Assembly: GCF_009914755.1 (NCBI RefSeq)
Contig: NC_060925.1
DNA: 64,000 nucleotides
DNA from: the human T2T-CHM13v2.0 reference genome, Homo sapiens
Direction: 5' to 3' (one strand)
Shown here: positions 39,920-54,900 of the stretch, one piece after another
How positions within the stretch are numbered: the stretch's first letter is position 1
Layout: every line of letters begins with the position of its first letter
Translations under genes and position numbers: made by a program
The notes under the pieces: generated by a model
What the model was told of the DNA's origin: nothing
The model's database searches: none
The model's input: only the letters and a program-made list of their open reading frames with translations

Positions 39920-42900
39920 TCAACTCTGTGAGTTGAATACACACAACACAAGGAAGTTACTGAGAATTCTTCTGTCTAGCAGAATATGAAGAAATCCCGT
40001 TTCCAACGAAGGCCACAAGATATCAGAATATCCACTTACAGACTTTACAAACAGAGTGTTTCCTAACTGCTCTATGAACAGAAAGGTTAAACTCTGTGAG
40101 TTGAACGAACACATCACAACGCAGTTTGTGGGAATGATTCTGTCTAGTTTTGAAACGAAGATATTTCCTTTTCTGCCGTTGACCTTAAAGCGCTTGAAAT
40201 CTACACTTGCAAATTGCACAAATAGAGTGTTTCAAATCTGCTCTGTCTAAGGGAACGTTCAACTCTGTGAGTTGAATGCACACAACACAAGGAAGTTACT
40301 GGGAATTCTTCTGTCTAGCCTTACATGAAAAAACCCGTTTCCAACGAAGGCCTCTAAGTGGTCAAAATATACACGTGCAGACTTTACAAACAGAGTGTTT
40401 CCAAACCGCTGAATGAAAAGAAAAGTTAAACTCTGAGAGTTGAACGCACACATCACGCAGCAGTTTCTGAGAATGATTCTGTCTAGTTTTTATACGAAGA
40501 TATTTCCTTTTCTGCCTTTGGCCCCAAAGCGCTTGAAATCTCCACTTGCAAATTCCACAAAAACAGTGTTTCAAATCTGCTCTCTCTAAATGAAAGTTCA
40601 ACTCTGTCAGTTGAATACACACTACACAAGGAAGTTACTGAGAATTCTTCTGTCTAGCATAATATGAAGAAATCCCGTTTCCAACGAAGGCCTCAAAGGG
40701 GTCTGAATATCCACTTGCAGACTTTATAAACAGAGTGTTTACTAACTGCTCTATGAAAAGAAAGGTTAAACTCTGTGAGTTGAACACACACATCACAAAG
40801 GAGTTTCTGAGAATCATTCTGTCTAGTTTTTCTACGAAGATATTTCCTTTTCTACTATTGACCTGAAAGCGGCTGAAATCTCCACTTGCAAATTCCACAA
40901 AAAGAGTGTTTCAAGTCTGCTCTGTGTAAAGGATCGTTCAACTCTGTGAGTTGAATACACACAACACAAGGAAGTTACTGAGAATTCTTCTGTCTAGCAG
41001 AATAGGAAGAAATCCCGTTTCCAACGAAGGCCTCAAAGAGGTCTGAATATCCACTTGCAGACTTTACAAACAGAGTGTTTCCTAACTGCTCTATGAGAAG
41101 AAAAGTTAAACTCTGTGAGTTGAACGCACACATCACAAAGGAGTTTCTGAGAATCGTTCTGTCTAGTTTCTATAGGAAGATATTTCCTATTCTACCATTG
41201 ACCTCAAAGCGGCTGAAATCTCCACTTGCAAATTCCACAAAAAGAATGTTTCAAGTCTGCTCTGTGTAAAGGATCGTTCAACTCTGTGAGTTGAATACAC
41301 ACAACACAAGGAAGTTACTGAGAATTATTCTGTCTAGCAAAATATGAAGAAATCCCGTTTCCAACGAAGGCCTCAAAGAGGTCTGAATATCCACTTGCAG
41401 ACTTTACAAACAGAGTGTTTCCTAACTGCTCTATGAAAAGAATAGTTAAACTCTGTGAGTTGAACGCACACATCACAAAGGAGTTTATGAGAATCATTCT
41501 GTCTAGTCTTTATACGAAGATATTTCCTTTTCTACCATTGACCTCAAAGCGGCTGAAATCTCCACTTTCAAATTCCACAAAAAGAGTGTTTCAAGTCTGC
41601 TCTGTGTAAAGGATCGTTCAAATCTGTGAGTAGAATACACACAACACAAGGAAGTCACTGAGAATTCTTCTGTCTAGCAGAATATGAAGAAACCCCGTTT
41701 CCAACGAAGGCCTCAAGGAGGTCTGAATATCCACTTGCAGACTTTACAAACAGAGTGTTTCCTAACTGCTCTATGAAAAGAAAGGTTAAACTCTGTGAGT
41801 TGAACGCACACATCACAAAGGAGTTTATGAGAATCATTCTGTCTAGTTTCTATAAGAAGATATTTCCTATTCTACCATTGACCTCAAAGCGGCTGAAATC
41901 TCCACTTGCAAATTCGACAAAAAGAGTGTTTCAAGCCTGCTCTCTGTAAAGGATCCTTCAACTCTGTGAGTTGAATACACACAACACAAGGAAGTTACTG
42001 AGAATTCTTCTGTCTAGCAGAATATGAAGAAATCCCGTTTCCAACGAAGGCCACAAGATGTCAGAATATCCACTTGCAGACTTTACAAACAGAGTGTTTC
42101 CTAACTGCTCTATGAACAGAAAGGTTAAACTCTGTGAGTTGAACGAACACATCACAACGCAGTTTGTGGGAATGATTCTGTCTAGTTTTGAAACGAAGGT
42201 ATTTCCTTTTCTGCCGTTGACCTTAAAGCGCTTGAAATCTACACTTGCAAATTGCACAAATAGAGTGTTTCAAATCTGCTCTGTCTAAGGGAACGTTCAA
42301 CTCTGTGAGTTGAATGCACACAACACAAGGAAGTTACTGGGAATTCTTCTGTCTAGCCTTACATGAAAAAACCCGTTTCCAACGAAGGCCTCTAAGTGGT
42401 CAAAATATACACGTGCAGACTTTACAAACAGAGTGTTTCCAAACCGCTGAATGAAAAGAAAAGTTAAGCTCTGAGAGTTGAACGCACACATCACGCAGCA
42501 GTTTCTGAGAATGATTCTGTCTAGTTTTTATACGAAGATATTTCCTTTTCTGCCTTTGGCCCCAAAGCGCTTGAAATCTCCACTTGCAAATTCCACAAAA
42601 ACAGTGTTTCAAATCTGCTCTCTCTAAATGAAAGTTCAACTCTGTCAGTTGAATACACACAACACAAGGAAGTTACTGAGAATTCTTCTGTCTAGCAGAA
42701 TATGAAGAAATCCCGTTTCCAACGAAGGCCTCAAAGAGGTCTGAATATCCACTTGCACACTTTACAAACAGAGTGTTTCCTAACTGCTCTATGAGAAGAA
42801 AAGTTAAACTCTGTGAGTTGAACGCACACATCACAAAAGATTTTCTGAGAATCATTCTGTCTTGTCTTTATATGAAGATAGTTTCCTTTTCTACCATTGA

Positions 42901-45900
42901 CCTCAAAGCGGCTGAAATCTCCACTTGCAAATTCCACAAAAAGAGTGTTTCAAGTCTGCTCTGTGTAAAGGATCGTTCAACTCTGTGAGTTGAATACACA
43001 CAACACAAGGAAGTTACTGAGAATTCTTCTGTCTAGCAGAATAGGAAGAAATCCCGTTTCCAACGAAGGCCTCAAAGAGGTCTGAATATCCACTTGCAGA
43101 CTTTACAAACAGAGTGTTTCCTAACTGCTCTATGAAAAGAAAGGTTAAACTCTGTGAGTTGAACACACACATCACAAAGGAGTTTCTGAGAATCGTTCTG
43201 TCTAGTTTCTATAGGAAGATATTTCCTATTCTACCATTGACCTCAAAGCGGCTGAAATCTCCACTTGCAAATTCCACAAAAAGAATGTTTCAAGTCTGCT
43301 CTGTGTAAAGGATCGTTCAACTCTGTGAGTTGAATACACACAACACAAGGAAGTTACTGAGAATTATTCTGTCTAGCAGAATATGAAGAAATCCCGTTTC
43401 CAACGAAGGCCCCAAAGAGGTCTGAATATCCACTTGCAGACTTTACAAACAGAGTGGTTCCTAACTGCTCTGTGAAAAGAAAAGTTAAACTCTGTGAGTT
43501 GAACGCACACATCACAAAGGAGTTTATGAGAATCATTCTGTCTAGTCTTTATACGAAGATATTTCCTTTTCTACCATTGACCTCAAAGCGGCTGAAATCT
43601 CCACTTTCAAATTCCACAAAAAGAGTGTTTCAAGTCTGCTCTGTGTAAAGGATCGTTCAACTCTGTGAGTAGAATACACACAACACAAGGAAGTTACTGA
43701 GAATTCTTCTGTCTAGCAGAATATGAAGAAATCCCGTTTCCAACGAAGGCCTCAAGGAGGTCTGAATATCCACTTGCAGACTTTACAAACACAGTGTTTC
43801 CTAACTGCTCTATGAACAGAAAGGTTAAACTCTGTGAGTTGAACGCACACATCACAAAGGAGTTTCTGAGAATCATTCTGTCTAGTGTTTATACGAAGAT
43901 ATTTACTTTTCTACCATTGACTTCAAAGCGGCTGAAATCTCCACTTGCAAATTCCACAAAAAGACTGTTTCAAGTCTGCTCTGTGTAAAGGATCATTCAA
44001 CTCTGTGAGTTGAATAAACACAACACAAGGAAGTTACTGAGAATTATTCTGTCTAGCATAATATGAAGAAATCCCGTTTCCAACGAAGGCCTCAAAGAGG
44101 TCTGAATATCCACTTGCAGACATTACAAACAGAGTGTTTCCTAACTGCTCTATGAGAAGAAAAGTTAAACTCTGTGAGTTGAACGCACACATCACAAAAG
44201 ATTTTCTGAGAATCATTCTGTCTAGTCTTTATATGAAGATAGTTTCCTTTTCTACCATTGACCTCAAAGCGGCTGAAATCTCCACTTGCAAATTCCACAA
44301 AAAGAGTGTTTCAAGTCTGCTCTGTGTAAAGGATCGTTCAACTCTGTGAGTTGAATACACACAACACAAGGAAGTTACTGAGAATTCTTCTGTCTAGCAG
44401 AATAGGAAGAAATCCCGTTTCCAACGAAGGCCACAAGATGTCAGAATATCCACTTGCAGACTTTACAAACAGAGTGTTTCCTAACTGCTCTATGAACAGA
44501 AAGGTTAAACTCTGTGAGTTGAACGAACACATCACAACGCAGTTTGTGGGAATGATTCTGTCTAGTTTTGAAACGAAGATATTTCCTTTTCTGCCGTTGA
44601 CCTTAAAGCGCTTGAAATCTACACTTGCAAATTGCACAAATAGAGTGTTTCAAATCTGCTCTGTCTAAGGGAACGTTCAACTCTGTGAGTTGAATGCACA
44701 CAACACATGAAGTTACTGGGAATTCTTCTGTCTAGCCTTACATGAAAAAAACCCGTTTCCAACGAAGGCCTCTAAGTGGTCAAAATATCCACGTGCAGAC
44801 TTTACAAACAGAGTGTTTCCAAACCGCTGAATGAAAAGAAAAGTTAAACTCTGAGAGTTCAACGCACACATCACGCAGCAGTTTCTGAGAATGATTCTGT
44901 CTAGTTTTTATACGAAGATATTTCCTTTTCTGCCTTTGGCCCCAAAGCGCTTGAAATCTCCACTTGCAAATTCCACAAAAACAGTGTTTCAAATCTGCTC
45001 TCTCTAAATGAAAGTTCAACTCTGTCAGTTGAATACACACAACACAAGGAAGTTACTGAGAATTCTTCTGTCTAGCATAATATGAAGAAATCCCGTTTCC
45101 AACGAAGGCCTCAAAGGGGTCTGAATATCCACTTGCAGACTTTATAAACAGAGTGTTTACTAACTGCTCTATGAAAAGAAAGGTTAAACTCTGTGAGTTG
45201 AACACACACATCACAAAGGAGTTTCTGAGAATCATTCTGTCTAGTTTTTCTACGAAGATATTTCCTTTTCTACTATTGACCTGAAAGCGGCTGAAATCTC
45301 CACTTGCAAATTCCACAAAAAGAGTGTTTCAAGTCTGCTCTGTGTAAAGGATCGTTCAACTCTGTGAGTTGAATACACACAACACAAGGAAGTTACTGAG
45401 AATTCTTCTGTCTAGCAGAATAGGAAGAAATCCCGTTTCCAACGAAGGCCTCAAAGAGGTCTGAATATCCACTTGCAGACTTTACAAACAGAGTGTTTCC
45501 TAACTGCTCTATGAAAAGAAAAGTTAAACTCTGTGAGTTGAACGCACACATCACAAAGGAGTTTCTGAGAATCGTTCTGTCTAGTTTCTATAGGAAGATA
45601 TTTCCTATTCTACCATTGACCTCAAAGCGGCTGAAATCTCCACTTGCAAATTCCACAAAAAGAATGTTTCAAGTCTGCTCTGTGTAAAGGATCGTTCAAC
45701 TCTGTGAGTTGAATACACACAACACAAGGAAGTTACTGAGAATTATTCTGTCTAGCATAATATGAAGAAATCCCGTTTCCAACGAAGGCCTCAAAGAGGT
45801 CTGAATATCCACTTGCAGACTTTACAAACATAGTGTTTCCTAACTGCTCTATGAAAAGAATAGTTAAACTCTGTGAGTTGAACGCACACATCACAAAGGA

Positions 45901-48900
45901 GTTTATGAGAATCATTCTGTCTAGTCTTTATACGAAGATATTTCCTTTTCTACCATTGACCTCAAAGCGGCTGAAATCTCCACTTTCAAATTCCACAAAA
46001 AGAGTGTTTCAAGTCTGCTCTGTGTAAAGGATCGTTCAACTCTGTGAGTAGAATACACACAACACAAGGAAGTCACTGAGAATTCTTCTGTCTAGCAGAA
46101 TATGAAGAAATCCCGTTTCCAACGAAGGCCTCAAGGAGGTCTGAATATCCACTTGCAGACTTTACAAACAGAGTGTTTCCTAACTGCTCTATGAAAAGAA
46201 AGGTTAAACTCTGTGAGTTGAACGCACACATCACAAAGGAGTTTATGAGAATCATTCTGTCTAGTTTCTATAAGAAGATATTTCCAATTCTACCATTGAC
46301 CTCAAAGCGGCTGAAATCTCCACTTGCAAATTCGACAAAAAGAGTGTTTCAAGCCTGCTCTCTGTAAAGGATCCTTCAACTCTGTGAGTTGAATACACAC
46401 AACACAAGGAAGTTACTGAGAATTATTCTGTCTAGCATAATATGAAGAAATCCCGTTTCCAACGAAGGCCTCAAAGAGGTCTGAATATCCACTTGCAGAC
46501 TTTACAAACAGAGTGTTTCCTAACTGCTCTATGAGAAGAAAAGTTAAACTCTGTGAGTTGAACGCACACATCACAAAGGAGTTTCTGAGAATCGTTCTGT
46601 CTAGTTTCTATAGGAAGATATTTCCTATTCTACCATTGACCTCAAAGCGGCTGAAATCTCCACTTGCAAATTCCACAAAAAGAATGTTTCAAGTCTGCTC
46701 TGTGTAAAGGATCGTTCAAGTCTGTGAGTTGAATACACACAACACAAGGAAGTTACTGAGAATTATTCTGTCTAGCATAATATGAAGAAATCCCGTTTCC
46801 AACGAAGGCCTCAAAGAGGTCTGAATATCCACTTGCAGACTTTACAAACAGAGTGTTTCCTAACTGCTCTATGAAAAGAAAAGTTAAACTCTGTGAGTTG
46901 AACGCACACATCACAAAGGAGTTTATGAGAATCATTCTGTCTAGTCTTTATACGAAGATATTTCCTTTTCTACCATTGACCTCAAAGCGGCTGAAATCTC
47001 CACTTGCAAATTCCAAAAAAAGAGTGTTTCAAGTCTGCTCTGTGTAAAGGATCATTCAACTCTGTGAGTTGAATAAACACAACACAAGGAAGTTACTGAG
47101 AATTCTTCTGTCTAGCAGAATATGAAGAAATCCCGTTTCCAACGAAGGCCTCAAGGAGGTCTGAATATCCACTTGCAGACTTTACAAACAGAGTGTTTCC
47201 TAACTGCTCTATGTAAAGAAAGGTTAAACTCTGTGAGTTGAACGCACACATCACAAAGGAGTTTCTGAGAATCATTCTGTCTAGTTTCTATAAGAAGATA
47301 TTTCCTATTCTACCATTGACCTCAAAGCGGCTGAAATCTCCACTTGCAAATTCGACAAAAAGAGTGTTTCAAGCCTGCTCTCTGTAAAGGATCCTTCATC
47401 TCTGTGAGTTGAATACACACAACACAAGGAAGTTACTGAGAATTATTCTGTCTAGCATAATATGAAGAAATCCCGTTTCCAACGAAGGCCTCAAAGAGGT
47501 CTGAATATCCACTTGCACACTTTACAAACAGAGTGTTTCCTAACTGCTCTATGAGAAGAAAAGTTAAACTCTGTGAGTTGAACGCACACATCACAAAAGA
47601 TTTTCTGAGAATCATTCTGTCTTGTCTTTATATGAAGATAGTTTCCTTTTCTACCATTGACCTCAAAGCGGCTGAAATCTCCACTTGCAAATTCCACAAA
47701 AAGAGTGTTTCAAGTCTGCTCTGTGTAAAGGATCGTTCAACTCTGTGAGTTGAATACACACAACACAAGGAAGTTACTGAGAATTCTTCTGTCTAGCAGA
47801 ATATGAAGAAATCCCGTTTCCAACGAAGGCCACAAGATATCAGAATATCCACTTACAGACTTTACAAACAGAGTGTTTCCTAACTGCTCTATGAACAGAA
47901 AGGTTAAACTCTGTGAGTTGAACGAACACATCACAACGCAGTTTGTGGGAATGATTCTGTCTAGTTTTGAAACGAAGATATTTCCTTTTCTGCCGTTGAC
48001 CTTAAAGCGCTTGAAATCTACACTTGCAAATTGCACAAATAGAGTGTTTCAAATCTGCTCTGTCTAAGGGAACGTTCAACTCTGTGAGTTGAATGCACAC
48101 AACACAAGGAAGTTACTGGGAATTCTTCTGTCTAGCCTTACATGAAAAAACCCGTTTCCAACGAAGGCCTCTAAGTGGTCAAAATATACACGTGCAGACT
48201 TTACAAACAGAGTGTTTCCAAACCGCTGAATGAAAAGAAAAGTTAAACTCTGAGAGTTGAACGCACACATCACGCAGCAGTTTCTGAGAATGATTCTGTC
48301 TAGTTTTTATACGAAGATATTTCCTTTTCTGCCTTTGGCCCCAAAGCGCTTGAAATCTCCACTTGCAAATTCCACAAAAACAGTGTTTCAAATCTGCTCT
48401 CTCTAAATGAAAGTTCAACTCTGTCAGTTGAATACACACAACACAAGGAAGTTACTGAGAATTCTTCTGTCTAGCATAATATGAAGAAATCCCGTTTCCA
48501 ACGAAGGCCTCAAAGGGGTCTGAATATCCACTTGCAGACTTTATAAACAGAGTGTTTACTAACTGCTCTATGAAAAGAAAGGTTAAACTCTGTGAGTTGA
48601 ACACACACATCACAAAGGAGATTCTGAGAATCATTCTGTCTAGTTTTTCTACGAAGATATTTCCTTTTCTACTATTGACCTGAAAGCAGCTGAAATCTCC
48701 ACTTGCAAATTCCACAAAAAGAGTGTTTCAAGTCTGCTCTGTGTAAAGGATCGTTCAACTCTGTGAGTTGAATACACACAACACAAGGAAGTTACTGAGA
48801 ATTCTTCTGTCTAGCAGAATAGGAAGAAATCCCGTTTCCAACGAAGGCCTCAAAGAGGTCTGAATATCCACTTGCAGACTTTACAAACAGAGTGTTTCCT

Positions 48901-51900
48901 AACTGCTCTATGAAAAGAAAGGTTAAACTCTGTGAGTTGAACACACACATCACAAAGGAGTTTCTGAGAATCGTTCTGTCTAGTTTCTATAGGAAGATAT
49001 TTCCTATTCTACCACTGACCTCAAAGCGGCTGAAATCTCCACTTGCAAATTCCACAAAAAGAATGTTTCAAGTCTGCTCTGTGTAAAGGATCGTTCAACT
49101 CTGTGAGTTGAATACACACAACACAAGGAAGTTACTGAGAATTCTTCTGTCTAGCAGAATATGAAGAAATCCCGTTTCCAACGAAGGCCTCAAGGAGGTC
49201 TGAATATCCACTTGCAGACTTTACAAACACAGTGTTTCCTAACTGCTCTATGAACAGAAAGGTTAAACTCTGTGAGTTGAACGCACACATCACAAAGGAG
49301 TTTCTGAGAATCATTCTGTCTAGTGTTTATACGAAGATATTTACTTTTCTACCATTGACTTCAAAGCGGCTGAAATCTCCACTTGCAAATTCCACAAAAA
49401 GACTGTTTCAAGTCTGCTCTGTGTAAAGGATCATTCAACTCTGTGAGTTGAATAAACACAACACAAGGAAGTTACTGAGAATTATTCTGTCTAGCATAAT
49501 ATGAAGAAATCCCGTTTCCAACGAAGGCCTCAAAGAGGTCTGAATATCCACTTGCAGACTTTACAAACAGAGTGTTTCCTAACTGCTCTATGAGAAGAAA
49601 AGTTAAACTCTGTGAGTTGAACGCACACATCACAAAAGATTTTCTGAGAATCATTCTGTCTAGTCTTTATATGAAGATAGTTTCCTTTTCTACCATTGAC
49701 CTCAAAGCGGCTGAAATCTCCACTTGCAAATTCCACAAAAAGAGTGTTTCAAGTCTGCTCTGTGTAAAGGATCGTTCAACTCTGTGAGTAGAATACACAC
49801 AACACAAGGAAGTCACTGAGAATTCTTCTGTCTAGCAGAATATGAAGAAATCCCGTTTCTAACGAAGGCCTCAAGGAGGTCTGAATATCCACTTGCAGAC
49901 TTTACAAACAGAGTGTTTCCTAACTGCTCTATGAACAGAAAGGTTAAACTCTGTGAGTTGAACGCACACATCACAAAGGAGTTTCTGAGAATCATTCTGT
50001 CTAGTCTTTATACGAAGAAATTTACTTTTCTACCATTGACTCCAAAGCGGCTGAAATCTCCACTTGCAAATTCCAAAAAAAGAGTGTTTCAAGTCTGCTC
50101 TGTGTAAAGGATCATTCAACTCTGTGAGTTGAATAAACACAACACAAGGAAGTTACTGAGAATTCTTCTGTCTAGCAGAATATGAAGAAATCCCGTTTCC
50201 GACGAAGGCCTCAAGGAGGTCTGAATATCCACTTGCAGACTTTACAAACAGAGTGTTTCCTAACTGCTCTATGAAAAGAAAGGTTAAACTCTGTGAGTTG
50301 AACGCACACATCACAAAGGAGTTTCTGAGAATCATTCTGTCTAGTTTCTATAAGAAGATATTTCCTATTCTACCATTGACCTCAAAGCGGCTGAAATCTC
50401 CACTTGCAAATTCGACAAAAAGAGTGTTTCAAGCCTGCTCTCTGTAAAGGATCCTTCAACTCTGTGAGTTGAATACACACAACACAAGGAAGTTACTGAG
50501 AATTATTCTGTCTAGCATAATATGAAGAAATCCCGTTTCCAACGAAGGCCTCAAAGAGGTCTGAATATCCACTTGCACACTTTACAAACAGAGTGTTTCC
50601 TAACTGCTCTATGAGAAGAAAAGTTAAACTCTGTGAGTTGAACGCACACATCACAAAAGATTTTCTGAGAATCATTCTGTCTTGTCTTTATATGAAGATA
50701 GTTTCCTTTTCTACCATTGACCTCAAAGCGGCTGAAATCTCCACTTGCAAATTCCACAAAAAGAGTGTTTCAAGTCTGCTCTGTGTAAAGGATCGTTCAA
50801 CTCTGTGAGTTGAATACACACAACACAAGGAAGTTACTGAGAATTCTTCTGTCTAGCAGAATAGGAAGAAATCCCGTTTCCAACGAAGGCCTCAAAGAGG
50901 TCTGAATATCCACTTGCAGACTTTACAAACAGAGTGTTTCCTAACTGCTCTATGAAAAGAAAGGTTAAACTCTGTGAGTTGAACACACACATCACAAAGG
51001 AGTTTCTGAGAATCGTTCTGTCTAGTTTCTATAGGAAGATATTTCCTATTCTACCATTGACCTCAAAGCGGCTGAAATCTCCACTTGCAAATTCCACAAA
51101 AAGAATGTTTCAAGTCTGCTCTGTGTAAAGGATCGTTCAACTCTGTGAGTTGAATACACACAACACAAGGAAGTTACTGAGAATTATTCTGTCTAGCAGA
51201 ATATGAAGAAATCCCGTTTCCAACGAAGGCCCCAAAGAGGTCTGAATATCCACTTGCAGACTTTACAAACAGAGTGGTTCCTAACTGCTCTGTGAAAAGA
51301 AAAGTTAAACTCTGTGAGTTGAACGCACACATCACAAAGGAGTTTATGAGAATCATTCTGTCTAGTCTTTATACGAAGATATTTCCTTTTCTACCATTGA
51401 CCTCAAAGCGGCTGAAATCTCCACTTTCAAATTCCACAAAAAGAGTGTTTCAAGTCTGCTCTGTGTAAAGGATCGTTCAACTCTGTGAGTAGAATACACA
51501 CAACACAAGGAAGTTACTGAGAATTCTTCTGTCTAGCAGAATATGAAGAAATCCCGTTTCCAACGAAGGCCTCAAGGAGGTCTGAATATCCACTTGCAGA
51601 CTTTACAAACACAGTGTTTCCTAACTGCTCTATGAACAGAAAGGTTAAACTCTGTGAGTTGAACGCACACATCACAAAGGAGTTTCTGAGAATCATTCTG
51701 TCTAGTGTTTATACGAAGATATTTACTTTTCTACCATTGACTTCAAAGCGGCTGAAATCTCCACTTGCAAATTCCACAAAAAGACTGTTTCAAGTCTGCT
51801 CTGTGTAAAGGATCATTCAACTCTGTGAGTTGAATAAACACAACACAAGGAAGTTACTGAGAATTATTCTGTCTAGCATAATATGAAGAAATCCCGTTTC

Positions 51901-54900
51901 CAACGAAGGCCTCAAAGAGGTCTGAATATCCACTTGCAGACTTTACAAACAGAGTGTTTCCTAACTGCTCTATGAGAAGAAAAGTTAAACTCTGTGAGTT
52001 GAACGCACACATCACAAAAGATTTTCTGAGAATCATTCTGTCTAGTCTTTATATGAAGATAGTTTCCTTTTCTACCATTGACCTCAAAGCGGCTGAAATC
52101 TCCACTTGCAAATTCCACAAAAAGAGTGTTTCAAGTCTGCTCTGTGTAAAGGATCGTTCAACTCTGTGAGTTGAATACACACAACACAAGGAAGTTACTG
52201 AGAATTCTTCTGTCTAGCAGAATAGGAAGAAATCCCGTTTCCAACGAAGGCCACAAGATGTCAGAATATCCACTTGCAGACTTTACAAACAGAGTGTTTC
52301 CTAACTGCTCTATGAACAGAAAGGTTAAACTCTGTGAGTTGAACGAACACATCACAACGCAGTTTGTGGGAATGATTCTGTCTAGTTTTGAAACGAAGAT
52401 ATTTCCTTTTCTGCCGTTGACCTTAAAGCGCTTGAAATCTACACTTGCAAATTGCACAAATAGAGTGTTTCAAATCTGCTCTGTCTAAGGGAACGTTCAA
52501 CTCTGTGAGTTGAATGCACACAACACATGAAGTTACTGGGAATTCTTCTGTCTAGCCTTACATGAAAAAAACCCGTTTCCAACGAAGGCCTCTAAGTGGT
52601 CAAAATATCCACGTGCAGACTTTACAAACAGAGTGTTTCCAAACCGCTGAATGAAAAGAAAAGTTAAACTCTGAGAGTTCAACGCACACATCACGCAGCA
52701 GTTTCTGAGAATGATTCTGTCTAGTTTTTATACGAAGATATTTCCTTTTCTGCCTTTGGCCCCAAAGCGCTTGAAATCTCCACTTGCAAATTCCACAAAA
52801 ACAGTGTTTCAAATCTGCTCTCTCTAAATGAAAGTTCAACTCTGTCAGTTGAATACACACAACACAAGGAAGTTACTGAGAATTCTTCTGTCTAGCATAA
52901 TATGAAGAAATCCCGTTTCCAACGAAGGCCTCAAAGGGGTCTGAATATCCACTTGCAGACTTTATAAACAGAGTGTTTACTAACTGCTCTATGAAAAGAA
53001 AGGTTAAACTCTGTGAGTTGAACACACACATCACAAAGGAGTTTCTGAGAATCATTCTGTCTAGTTTTTCTACGAAGATATTTCCTTTTCTACTATTGAC
53101 CTGAAAGCGGCTGAAATCTCCACTTGCAAATTCCACAAAAAGAGTGTTTCAAGTCTGCTCTGTGTAAAGGATCGTTCAACTCTGTGAGTTGAATACACAC
53201 AACACAAGGAAGTTACTGAGAATTCTTCTGTCTAGCAGAATAGGAAGAAATCCCGTTTCCAACGAAGGCCTCAAAGAGGTCTGAATATCCACTTGCAGAC
53301 TTTACAAACAGAGTGTTTCCTAACTGCTCTATGAAAAGAAAAGTTAAACTCTGTGAGTTGAACGCACACATCACAAAGGAGTTTCTGAGAATCGTTCTGT
53401 CTAGTTTCTATAGGAAGATATTTCCTATTCTACCATTGACCTCAAAGCGGCTGAAATCTCCACTTGCAAATTCCACAAAAAGAATGTTTCAAGTCTGCTC
53501 TGTGTAAAGGATCGTTCAACTCTGTGAGTTGAATACACACAACACAAGGAAGTTACTGAGAATTATTCTGTCTAGCATAATATGAAGAAATCCCGTTTCC
53601 AACGAAGGCCTCAAAGAGGTCTGAATATCCACTTGCAGACTTTACAAACATAGTGTTTCCTAACTGCTCTATGAAAAGAATAGTTAAACTCTGTGAGTTG
53701 AACGCACACATCACAAAGGAGTTTATGAGAATCATTCTGTCTAGTCTTTATACGAAGATATTTCCTTTTCTACCATTGACCTCAAAGCGGCTGAAATCTC
53801 CACTTTCAAATTCCACAAAAAGAGTGTTTCAAGTCTGCTCTGTGTAAAGGATCGTTCAACTCTGTGAGTAGAATACACACAACACAAGGAAGTCACTGAG
53901 AATTCTTCTGTCTAGCAGAATATGAAGAAATCCCGTTTCCAACGAAGGCCTCAAGGAGGTCTGAATATCCACTTGCAGACTTTACAAACAGAGTGTTTCC
54001 TAACTGCTCTATGAAAAGAAAGGTTAAACTCTGTGAGTTGAACGCACACATCACAAAGGAGTTTATGAGAATCATTCTGTCTAGTTTCTATAAGAAGATA
54101 TTTCCAATTCTACCATTGACCTCAAAGCGGCTGAAATCTCCACTTGCAAATTCGACAAAAAGAGTGTTTCAAGCCTGCTCTCTGTAAAGGATCCTTCAAC
54201 TCTGTGAGTTGAATACACACAACACAAGGAAGTTACTGAGAATTATTCTGTCTAGCATAATATGAAGAAATCCCGTTTCCAACGAAGGCCTCAAAGAGGT
54301 CTGAATATCCACTTGCAGACTTTACAAACAGAGTGTTTCCTAACTGCTCTATGAGAAGAAAAGTTAAACTCTGTGAGTTGAACGCACACATCACAAAGGA
54401 GTTTCTGAGAATCGTTCTGTCTAGTTTCTATAGGAAGATATTTCCTATTCTACCATTGACCTCAAAGCGGCTGAAATCTCCACTTGCAAATTCCACAAAA
54501 AGAATGTTTCAAGTCTGCTCTGTGTAAAGGATCGTTCAACTCTGTGAGTTGAATACACACAACACAAGGAAGTTACTGAGAATTATTCTGTCTAGCATAA
54601 TATGAAGAAATCCCGTTTCCAACGAAGGCCTCAAAGAGGTCTGAATATCCACTTGCAGACTTTACAAACAGAGTGTTTCCTAACTGCTCTATGAAAAGAA
54701 AAGTTAAACTCTGTGAGTTGAACGCACACATCACAAAGGAGTTTATGAGAATCATTCTGTCTAGTCTTTATACGAAGATATTTCCTTTTCTACCATTGAC
54801 CTCAAAGCGGCTGAAATCTCCACTTGCAAATTCCAAAAAAAGAGTGTTTCAAGTCTGCTCTGTGTAAAGGATCATTCAACTCTGTGAGTTGAATAAACAC

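Noticed and set aside
44351-44668. Longest ORF (105 aa; copy at 52171)
   Set aside because: Created by one T>G change removing a TGA stop in a D/A hybrid; there is no evidence of coding function.
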